Positions 7,475 through 14,952 of a stretch of 35,201 nt of DNA are shown piece after piece. This DNA is from Patescibacteria group bacterium. Lineage in GTDB: Bacteria; Patescibacteriota; Microgenomatia; Levybacterales; UBA12049. Under the pieces are notes generated by a model. It did no database searches, was not told the DNA's origin, and was given only the letters and a program-made list of their open reading frames with translations. The translations under genes and the position numbers were made by a program. The DNA is taken from positions 1 to 35,201 of the forward strand of contig JAMCZG010000025.1 of assembly GCA_023485715.1 (NCBI GenBank), read 5' to 3'. Each line of letters opens with the position of its first letter. Position 1 is the first letter of the stretch.

Positions 7475-8542
7475 ATGCCAGCGATACAAAGGAGCGAATT
7501 TGCATTAGCGTTAAACCAGGTCGCCACAGAACGTGGTGTAGACGTTTCTGTGGTTTTAGAAACAGTTAAAAACGCGATTCTAGCGGCCTACAGAAAAGAT
7601 CATCCAGGGATCGAAGTTACAGACTATTCAGTTTCTTTAAATCAAAACACTGGCGAGGCGCGGGTTTTTTGTAAAGACGATGACGTTACGCCCCCAGGTT
7701 TTGGAAGAATCGCAGCGCAGACTGCAAAACAGGTAATCCTCCAAAAAATAAGAGAGAAAGAAAAAGAAGTTATTCTTACAGATTACAAATTGAGGATAGG
7801 TTCTATTGTGAACGGAATGATTTTAAGGCTTATCGGTCCGAATGTTATAGTCGATATCGGAAAGGCAGAGGCAATGATGCCACCCCCAGAACAAATCCAA
7901 AACGAAAAATACTTTCTCAATAAAAAACTGGTTGTTTATATCGTGGAAACCAGAGAGGGCGTAAAGGGAGAAGAAATAATCGTGTCTAGAACGCACAATG
8001 GTCTTATCGAAGGACTTTTTAAACGTGAAGTTCCAGAAGTTGCTTCGGGCAGTGTAATTATAAAAGAGATCGCAAGAGAACCAGGTAACCGTTGCAAAAT
8101 TGCGGTTTTTTCTAATCAACAGGGAATCGATCCAGTCGGAAGTTGTGTCGGACAAAAAGGTGTTAGAGTTCAAGCGATAATCGCAGAGCTCGGAGGATTG
8201 GAAAAAATCGATATTATTCAATGGCAGGATGACCCAAAAAATTATATTGCTCAAGCCCTTTCTCCGGCAAAAGACGTAGTGATCGATCTTAACGAAAAGG
8301 ATAAGACAGCATTTGTTTATGTTCCAAAAGAGGAATTGTCGCTTGCGATCGGAAGAGAAGGACAAAATGTCAGACTCGCGTCGAAATTAACAGGATATAG
8401 AATCGAAATCGAGGAAAGAAAAGAAAATGAAGCAACTGAAAAAAAAGAGGAAACGGAAGAAGAAAAAAATGGGCAAGAGGAAGAAAAACCCGTAAAAAAA
8501 GTAAAGAAAAAGAAGACAAAAAAAGAAGAAAGCCCGAAATAA
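7475..8542 (+). CDS. nusA: Transcription termination/antitermination factor NusA
   Basis: N-terminal domain (MPAIQRSEFALALNQVATERGV), S1 domain (GSIVNGMILRLIGPNVIVDIG) and two KH domains (VGSCVGQKGVRVQAI, AIGREGQNVRLASKLTG), plus a K/E-rich tail. The ORF track starts at TTG 7439, but that TTG is part of the predicted -35 box, so I prefer ATG 7475. Confidence 0.93.
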   Translation: MPAIQRSEFALALNQVATERGVDVSVVLETVKNAILAAYRKDHPGIEVTDYSVSLNQNTGEARVFCKDDDVTPPGFGRIAAQTAKQVILQKIREKEKEVILTDYKLRIGSIVNGMILRLIGPNVIVDIGKAEAMMPPPEQIQNEKYFLNKKLVVYIVETREGVKGEEIIVSRTHNGLIEGLFKREVPEVASGSVIIKEIAREPGNRCKIAVFSNQQGIDPVGSCVGQKGVRVQAIIAELGGLEKIDIIQWQDDPKNYIAQALSPAKDVVIDLNEKDKTAFVYVPKEELSLAIGREGQNVRLASKLTGYRIEIEERKENEATEKKEETEEEKNGQEEEKPVKKVKKKKTKKEESPK

Positions 8543-8624
8543 AGATTATAAATTTTGAAAATTCAATGAAAATAAAAAATTTTGAATTTAAAAACAGAAT
8601 TTCGGACTTAGATAATTTTATTTT

Positions 8625-10103
8625 ATGGCTAAAAATAATTCAAAAAATGACGTACCACAAAATGTATTTCCTCCGGTAGTCTCCGTAGTCGGCCACGTTG
8701 ATCACGGTAAAACAACTCTTTTAGACGCTATCCGAAAGACAAATATTGCCCAAAGAGAGCACGGTGGAATAACACAAAAAATCGGCGCGTCAAATATCGA
8801 AACGACGCACGATGGAATAAAAAGAAGAATCACTTTTATCGATACGCCCGGGCACGAAACTTTTTTTAAAATGCGATCGCGCGGTGTTCAAGTTGCGGAT
8901 ATAGGGCTTTTGGTTGTTTCCGCCGTCGATGGAGTAATGCCCCAAACAAGGGAATCGATAAATCTTTTATTAGAGGCAAAAACGCCTTTTATCGTTGTTC
9001 TGACAAAATCAGATCTTTTAGAGAAAAATCCCGAAAAAACAAAACAACAGCTTCTTAAAGAAGGTATAGCCCTCGAAGGATATGGCGGCGATATCCCGAT
9101 TATCGAAGTCTCAGCAAAAACCGGACACAATATAAAAGAATTACTCGATTTAATAATTTTAGTTTTTGATATGAAACGTGCCTCAGATAAAGATATTTTA
9201 CGATCGGAAAAAGGAGAATTCGAAGCAGTCGTTATCGAATCAAAACTAGACCCAAAATCGGGCCCAAAAGCAACGCTCGTAGTCAGAAACGGAACAGTGT
9301 TTAACAAAGACGAATTATATTGCGAAGAAGTTAAGGGAAAAGTGAGGGCGATTATAAATGATCGAGGCCAACATCTTCAAAACGCGACGGTCGGAGAAGC
9401 GGTAGAAGTATTAGGTTTTAATTCTACTCCGCGTGTTGGAAGTATTGTTTATAAAACAGAAGAAAAAATAAAACAAGTGGATTTACCCCAACCTCAAAAA
9501 GCGATCAATCCCTTCGACGTTTCCTTTGAAGCAGAAAAAGACGTTTTGCCGATCATTTTGTGTGCTGATACCCTGGGGACACTAGAGGCTATTTTAAACG
9601 CATTGCCCGAAAAAGTACTCGTGGTTTCAAAAAAAACCGGCGATATAACGTCGGCAGATGTTTTATTGGCAAAATCGAGTAGCGCTATAATTATAGGTTT
9701 TAATATTAAGATAGCTCCAGAGGTTATGCGTCTTGCAAAAACCGAGCATGTTTTGCTCAAAAACTACACGATAATATACGAATTATTAGACGAATTGAAA
9801 GACGTAATCGAGGGAAGAAAAGAAGCAATCGTCGAAGAAATATACGGTACAGCTAAGGTTCTAGCGAGTTTTCCGTTTGAAAAGACGAAGGTTTTAGGTA
9901 TAAAAGTAGTAGAAGGGAGAGTTGCGCGGGGTGACAAGGTAAGATTAATGCGAGGAGAAAATATTTTAGGCGAGAGTTCAGTTAATTCTGTTCGGCAGGG
10001 AAAAGAAACCGTTTCTAAAATTGAAAAAGGACAAGAAGGTGGAGTGATTATTTCGCCTTTCCTTGACTTTACTATAGGTGATATGTTAGTATGCCATCGT
10101 TAA
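8625..10103 (+). CDS. infB: Translation initiation factor IF-2, short form starting directly at the GTPase domain
   Basis: G1 VVGHVDHGKTTLLD at aa ~20, DTPGHE and TKSD motifs, and C-terminal IF-2 domains. The 492 aa leave no N-terminal extension. Confidence 0.95.
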   Translation: MAKNNSKNDVPQNVFPPVVSVVGHVDHGKTTLLDAIRKTNIAQREHGGITQKIGASNIETTHDGIKRRITFIDTPGHETFFKMRSRGVQVADIGLLVVSAVDGVMPQTRESINLLLEAKTPFIVVLTKSDLLEKNPEKTKQQLLKEGIALEGYGGDIPIIEVSAKTGHNIKELLDLIILVFDMKRASDKDILRSEKGEFEAVVIESKLDPKSGPKATLVVRNGTVFNKDELYCEEVKGKVRAIINDRGQHLQNATVGEAVEVLGFNSTPRVGSIVYKTEEKIKQVDLPQPQKAINPFDVSFEAEKDVLPIILCADTLGTLEAILNALPEKVLVVSKKTGDITSADVLLAKSSSAIIIGFNIKIAPEVMRLAKTEHVLLKNYTIIYELLDELKDVIEGRKEAIVEEIYGTAKVLASFPFEKTKVLGIKVVEGRVARGDKVRLMRGENILGESSVNSVRQGKETVSKIEKGQEGGVIISPFLDFTIGDMLVCHR

Positions 10104-10115
10104 CGAAAATAATAT

Positions 10116-11138
10116 ATGGATAACCCAAATTTACAATCAATAAAAGATATTTTAGCGAATAATGAAAAAATCGCGATTGCGGTCGGTAAAAATCCCAACA
10201 TCGACGAGATGGCTGCGGCTTTGTCTTTGTATTTAAGCCTAGGAGAAATCGGAAAAAGTGTCGTCATCGCTTGTCCTACAGACCCAATTGTCGAAATCTC
10301 ATCCCTTGTTGGAATCGATAAAGTCTCTAAAAATATCGAGGGAGCGGGACCGGATTTAATCGTTTCTTTTCCATATAGAGAGGGAGAGATCGATAAAGTT
10401 TCTTACACGCTAGAAGATGGTTACCTTAATATAGTTGTAAAAGGTGGGGAAAAAGGAATGAACTTTAACGATCAAGACGTAAGATTTAGGCGTGGTGGAA
10501 GTTTACCGAAAACACTTTTTATTATCGGGACTCCGAACCTTTCGGATTTGGGAAATATTTTTAACCCGGAAAGTTTAAAGGACACAAAAATCGTTAACAT
10601 CGACAATAAGGAGGAAAACCAGGGGTTTGGAGATTATGTTTTTGTGAGTCCCAGATTTTCTTCGGTTTCAGAAGAGATTGGTTATATTCTTAAAAACTTG
10701 GGGCTTACGATAAATATCGATATTGCACAAAATATTTTATCTGGTATTACTTTTGCGACCGACAATTTCCAAAACCCGAAAACAAGCGCAGTCGCTTTGG
10801 AAATAGCGGCTTTAGCTATAAAAGAGGGTGCTATTAGACACAGAATCCCTAGCACGAACAGGATTTCCGACGAAGGTTCGTTTACTGAGCCGGTGTCAAC
10901 ACAGGCTAATTATCAAAACCAAAAAACACAATCGTCCCAATCAATGTCTCAATTTCCACAAAGAAATTTCGGCCACGTTCAACAAACACCAAGGCAGGCT
11001 ATGCCTTTTGGACAGCAACCAAAAGAACAACCCGAAGAAAAACCTATACAACCACAAAATAATTTAAAAAGGAAAGATAAAAACCCTCCATCTGATTGGC
11101 TCACCCCGAAAGTCTACAAGGGTTCTACATTAGTCTAA
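10116..11138 (+). CDS. DHH-family (NrnA-like) domain protein with degenerate catalytic motifs and a Q/P-rich tail
   Basis: 340-aa ORF that aligns by eye to B. subtilis NrnA. IAIAVGKNPNIDEMAAA matches motif I, IDNKEENQGFGD (DNK codons 10602-10610) sits where IDHHPNEDPYGD lies, and SGITFATDNF sits where GIVGDTGRF lies. I see no DHHA1/GGGH region. The C-terminal ~100 aa are low complexity. Confidence 0.6.
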   Translation: MDNPNLQSIKDILANNEKIAIAVGKNPNIDEMAAALSLYLSLGEIGKSVVIACPTDPIVEISSLVGIDKVSKNIEGAGPDLIVSFPYREGEIDKVSYTLEDGYLNIVVKGGEKGMNFNDQDVRFRRGGSLPKTLFIIGTPNLSDLGNIFNPESLKDTKIVNIDNKEENQGFGDYVFVSPRFSSVSEEIGYILKNLGLTINIDIAQNILSGITFATDNFQNPKTSAVALEIAALAIKEGAIRHRIPSTNRISDEGSFTEPVSTQANYQNQKTQSSQSMSQFPQRNFGHVQQTPRQAMPFGQQPKEQPEEKPIQPQNNLKRKDKNPPSDWLTPKVYKGSTLV

Positions 11139-11146
11139 TTCTTATT

Positions 11147-11182
11147 ACTTGTAGTTAGGTTTAATCCGTGCTATAATTAGTT
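11147..11182 (+). promoter_or_regulatory. Promoter for rpsO-pnp: ACTTGTAGTTA-N14-TATAATTAGTT (TTGTAG-N17-TGcTATAAT)
   Basis: -35 TTGTAG at 11149-11154, a 17-nt spacer, TG at 11169-11170 and a consensus TATAAT at 11172-11177. ATG 11192 lies 14 nt downstream. Both 11-nt blocks are identical to those upstream of ftsK. Confidence 0.5.
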
Positions 11183-11191
11183 GTTATAAAT

Positions 11192-11461
11192 ATGCCACTT
11201 AGTGCGACACAAAAAGAAGAAGTCATTAAAAAATTCCAAACAGCAAAGGGCGATACAGGAAGTCCGGAAGTTCAAATCGCGCTTTTAACGCGAAGAATAG
11301 ACCGGTTAACAGAGCATTTAAAAGCGCACCAACATGATGTTCATAGCCGACGCGGACTTTTATCGATGATCGCAAAAAGAAGAAGGCTTATAAATTTTCT
11401 ATCAAAGTTAGAAAAAGATAGAGCTCTCGAAATCACAAAAAAGATCGGATTAAAAGATTAA
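11192..11461 (+). CDS. rpsO: 30S ribosomal protein S15
   Basis: 89 aa with the typical S15 sequence (GDTGSPEVQIALLTRRIDRLTEHLKAHQHDVHSRRGLL). Confidence 0.97.
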   Translation: MPLSATQKEEVIKKFQTAKGDTGSPEVQIALLTRRIDRLTEHLKAHQHDVHSRRGLLSMIAKRRRLINFLSKLEKDRALEITKKIGLKD

Positions 11462-11465
11462 CTGC

Positions 11466-13754
11466 ATGAAAAAAACCTCAAAAAGTTTAGAATTATCAGG
11501 TAAAACAATTACTCTGGAAACAGGTTATTTAGCTCCCCAAGCGACAGCTTCTGTTTTGGCCCGGACCGGGGACACAGAAGTTTTGGTAACAATCGTGGAA
11601 GGCGCAGTTAGGGAGGATATAGATTATTTTCCGTTAACTGTTGAGTATATCGAAAGATTATACGCCGGAGGGAAAATAAAAGGGAGTAGATGGGTAAAAA
11701 GAGAAGGAAAACCGTCAGACGACGCGATTTTAACTGCGAGACTTATCGACAGATCGATAAGACCACTATTTCCCAAAGAATACAAAAATGAAGTTCAGGT
11801 TGTTATAACTGTTTTATCCGTCGACGGAGAAAACGAACCAGACGTTTTATCGATGATCGCAGTTTCCACGGCTCTTAATATTTCAAGAATTCCTTGGAAA
11901 GGGCCGATCGGAGCGGTAAGAGTAGGATATGTAAAAGAAAAAGGGAACGGAAACGCAGAATTTATAATTAATCCGAGAGTTTCGGAAAGTGAATTTTCTG
12001 AACTGGATATCGTTTGTTCTCATACAAAAGAAAAAACAATAATGCTGGAAGCTGGCGCGTTCCAAGTTTCAGAAAAAATTGTACTCGATGCGATCAAAAA
12101 AGCCCACGACGAAACAAAGAAAATAATCGGTTTCATCGAAGAGTTCACTAAAGAAGTAGGACAAAAAAAACAAGGTATTTCACAGGATTCGGTCCTACTG
12201 GAGCTAATCGCAAGAGTTGAAAAAAATTACAAGGAAGAAATAAAGTCGTTTATCTCGATCAGGGCCTCTAAAGAATCCACAAACAGTAACGAATTTTCTG
12301 GTTTAATAGATAAGATATTCGAAGAAGAAAAAACTGCAAACCCCGAGATTTCGATAGATAAAAAACTTGTTGCTAAAGCAGCAGAATATATTCTTTTTAA
12401 GGGTATTAGGGAAGACATTCTTAAAAAAGGAAAAAGGCCCGATGGAAGAAAAATAGATGAAATAAGAGAAATCTCTGGACAAGCTTCGATTTTACCAAGA
12501 ACTCATGGCTCAGCTGTTTTTCAGCGGGGAGACACACAAGTTTTAACTGTTGTGACTTTGGGTTCGCCAAAACTAGAACAATTAATCGAGTCTGCAGAGG
12601 GCGAAGAGACAAAAAGATATATTCATCATTATTCGATGCCGCCATATTCTGTCGGAGAAACCGGTAGAATGGGAATGCCGTCAAGGCGAGAAATCGGACA
12701 CGGTGCACTTGCCGAACGCGCGATTATTTCGGTTATACCGAACAGGGAAAAATTTCCCTACACGATAAGAGTGGTTTCTGAAGTATTGTCTTCGAATGGT
12801 TCGACCTCGATGGCATCTACTTGTGGTTCAACGCTCGCATTAATGGACGCAGGCGTTCCGATCGAAAAACCGGTTTCCGGAATCGCGATGGGGCTTATGT
12901 CTGATGTTTTTGGAAAAACAGATAATTACGTGATTCTTACAGATATATTAGGTCTCGAAGATTTTTCAGGAGACATGGATTTTAAAGTTGCTGGTACAGA
13001 CACAGGTATTACCGCGATTCAGCTGGATGTGAAAATAGCAGGCCTTACGATTAAACAAATCGAGGAAACTTTGGAACGGGCAAAGGTTGGAAGAATGTTC
13101 ATTTTGGAAAAAATGCAAAAAGTTTTACCATCTTCTCGAATGCAGGTTTCTGAATTTGCGCCAAAAATCGAAGTTATTCGTGTCCCGGTTGAAAAAATCG
13201 GTGAGGTTATCGGGCCCGGGGGACGGGTTATTCGAAATATAATCGCGGAAACAGGTGCGACAGTCGATGTCGAAGACGACGGTTCGGTCACAATTTCTGG
13301 AACTTCGGAAGATGCAGTAGCAAAAGCAGTAGATTGGGTTAAAGGATTGACTCGCGAGGTTGTTGCCGGAGAAGTTTTTGAAGGAACAGTCAAAAGAATT
13401 TTACCGTTCGGGGCTTTTGTTGAAGTGTTGCCCGGAAAAGAAGGAATGGTTCATGTTTCTCAAATGTCGACGGGATTTGTAAAAAATCCGAGCGAAGTCG
13501 TTACGATTGGTCAAAAAGTCAAGGTAAGAGTTGCTGAAATCGACGAACAGGGAAGAATTAATCTTTCGATGCTTTTCGGAGAAGACGCAAATCAAGCACA
13601 AAAACATCAGAATGTTCAAAGCCCGAAAAGTATGCACCCATTATCGATGCAGTTTAGAAGAGAAAGGTCTGTAATTCCCGGAAAACCGGCTTTTAGAAAA
13701 AGAGGTTCTTTTAGGTCACAATCCGGTCCCCGTTTTAATAAAAAACCGTATTAA
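11466..13754 (+). CDS. pnp: Polyribonucleotide nucleotidyltransferase (PNPase) with a basic C-terminal tail
   Basis: Two RNase PH domains, a KH domain (IGEVIGPGGRVIRNI) and an S1 domain (GEVFEGTVKRILPFGAFVEV). The start lies 4 nt after the rpsO stop. Confidence 0.97.
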   Translation: MKKTSKSLELSGKTITLETGYLAPQATASVLARTGDTEVLVTIVEGAVREDIDYFPLTVEYIERLYAGGKIKGSRWVKREGKPSDDAILTARLIDRSIRPLFPKEYKNEVQVVITVLSVDGENEPDVLSMIAVSTALNISRIPWKGPIGAVRVGYVKEKGNGNAEFIINPRVSESEFSELDIVCSHTKEKTIMLEAGAFQVSEKIVLDAIKKAHDETKKIIGFIEEFTKEVGQKKQGISQDSVLLELIARVEKNYKEEIKSFISIRASKESTNSNEFSGLIDKIFEEEKTANPEISIDKKLVAKAAEYILFKGIREDILKKGKRPDGRKIDEIREISGQASILPRTHGSAVFQRGDTQVLTVVTLGSPKLEQLIESAEGEETKRYIHHYSMPPYSVGETGRMGMPSRREIGHGALAERAIISVIPNREKFPYTIRVVSEVLSSNGSTSMASTCGSTLALMDAGVPIEKPVSGIAMGLMSDVFGKTDNYVILTDILGLEDFSGDMDFKVAGTDTGITAIQLDVKIAGLTIKQIEETLERAKVGRMFILEKMQKVLPSSRMQVSEFAPKIEVIRVPVEKIGEVIGPGGRVIRNIIAETGATVDVEDDGSVTISGTSEDAVAKAVDWVKGLTREVVAGEVFEGTVKRILPFGAFVEVLPGKEGMVHVSQMSTGFVKNPSEVVTIGQKVKVRVAEIDEQGRINLSMLFGEDANQAQKHQNVQSPKSMHPLSMQFRRERSVIPGKPAFRKRGSFRSQSGPRFNKKPY

Positions 13755-13805
13755 TAATCCTTAATAGTTCTCGTATTTATTTTTTGATTGTTGTATTATA
13801 AATTT

Positions 13806-14948
13806 ATGGATCCTTTGTTAATAGGTGATAATTCTAGTGATAATAAAAATGTCGAAATAAAAAACTCTTCGAATGCGAGTGCGGCCGCCGACCAAATAAG
13901 ACGTTTGGGGGAAAAAATCGAAAACGGAAATTTACCAGAAGACCTCAAGCAGCTTCTCATCGAAAGAATTCAGCGATTAACACTTCTTAGGGCATCTTCG
14001 GGATATTTAAGTCCTAACTATATTATCGAATACGAAAACACGTCTTCTTATGTTAATTGGGTCGTGAGTTTGCCTTGGGGAAAGATGACAAACGATTTAT
14101 TAGATTTGGTAAAAGCGAAAGAAATTTTAAACAAAAATCATTATGGTTTAAATTCGGTTAAGGACAGAATTTTAGAGTATTTAGCGTCCATAATTTTAAA
14201 CGAAAAAAATAAAACGTCGGAGCAAGAATTCAGGGTTTTACGCGCGCCGATTATTTGTCTGGTCGGTCTTGTCGGAACTGGAAAAACAACCCTTGCGTAT
14301 TCGATCGCAGAAGCTTTAGGAAGAAAATTCGAGCGGATTCCGTTTGGGGGCATGGGAGATTCGAGGGCGTTACGAGGTCAGTCGAGGGCGTTCCCAGATG
14401 CAGAACCAGGATCAATAGTAAAGAAACTAGTTCATTCCCAGGCAAAAAATTCGGTTATATTGCTTGATGAATTAGACAGAGTTTCCCAGGAGGCCAGAGC
14501 CGATATAATGGGAGTACTGGTTGAACTTTTGGATCCAGAGCAAAACAGGGCGTTTACAGACCACTACGTTGATTATCCTTTTGATCTATCTCAAATTCTT
14601 TTTGTCGCGACTGCAAACAACACGACGAATATTTCAACAGCTGTTTTGGACAGGCTAGAGATTATCCAGATGCCCTCCTATACAGACGCCGAAAAAACTG
14701 CGATCGGAAAAGACTATTTGTTTCCCAAAATTCGTTTGCAGACCGGGTTGTCACAAAATCAATTGATTGTCGACGAGGGAGTCTGGCCACTAATTATTCG
14801 GCCTTTGGGATTTGATTCGGGGATAAGAAGTCTTGAAAGGACAATTCAAGGGGTCTGCCGAAAAGTAGCCAGATATATTGTCGAGGGCAAGGGACAATCT
14901 TTTCATATAACAACAGAAAATATTAAAGAATTTATGCCGCAATATTAA
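13806..14948 (+). CDS. Lon-type AAA+ ATPase module lacking both the Lon N-domain and the S16 protease domain
   Basis: Collinear with E. coli Lon from about the YIDWMVQVPW region to just before the protease domain. Matching stretches are NWVVSLPWGK, HYGLNSVKDRILEYLA, Walker A GLVGTGKTT (14265-14291), Walker B ILLDELDR, LDPEQN, VLDRLEII and GIRSLER. The ORF ends 4 nt before rnj. The track start is TTG 13788, but I prefer ATG 13806. Confidence 0.85.
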   Translation: MDPLLIGDNSSDNKNVEIKNSSNASAAADQIRRLGEKIENGNLPEDLKQLLIERIQRLTLLRASSGYLSPNYIIEYENTSSYVNWVVSLPWGKMTNDLLDLVKAKEILNKNHYGLNSVKDRILEYLASIILNEKNKTSEQEFRVLRAPIICLVGLVGTGKTTLAYSIAEALGRKFERIPFGGMGDSRALRGQSRAFPDAEPGSIVKKLVHSQAKNSVILLDELDRVSQEARADIMGVLVELLDPEQNRAFTDHYVDYPFDLSQILFVATANNTTNISTAVLDRLEIIQMPSYTDAEKTAIGKDYLFPKIRLQTGLSQNQLIVDEGVWPLIIRPLGFDSGIRSLERTIQGVCRKVARYIVEGKGQSFHITTENIKEFMPQY

Positions 14949-14952
14949 TTTT

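Noticed and set aside
8550-8586. Direct repeat AAATTTTGAA at 8550-8559 and 8577-8586, plus the TTGAAnnTTCAA palindrome in the nusA-infB spacer. These could form an operator.
   Set aside because: The repeats are short, pure A/T-rich matches that are expected by chance in this composition, and the 2-nt loop cannot form a hairpin. I noted them but do not consider them supportable.
8566-8679. 37-aa ORF (MKIKNFEFKNRISDLDNFILWLKIIQKMTYHKMYFLR) spanning the nusA-infB gap and overlapping the infB start. It could be a leader peptide.
   Set aside because: It has no SD or promoter geometry and no coupling to neighbouring stops or starts. Its composition is typical of a random AT-rich frame.
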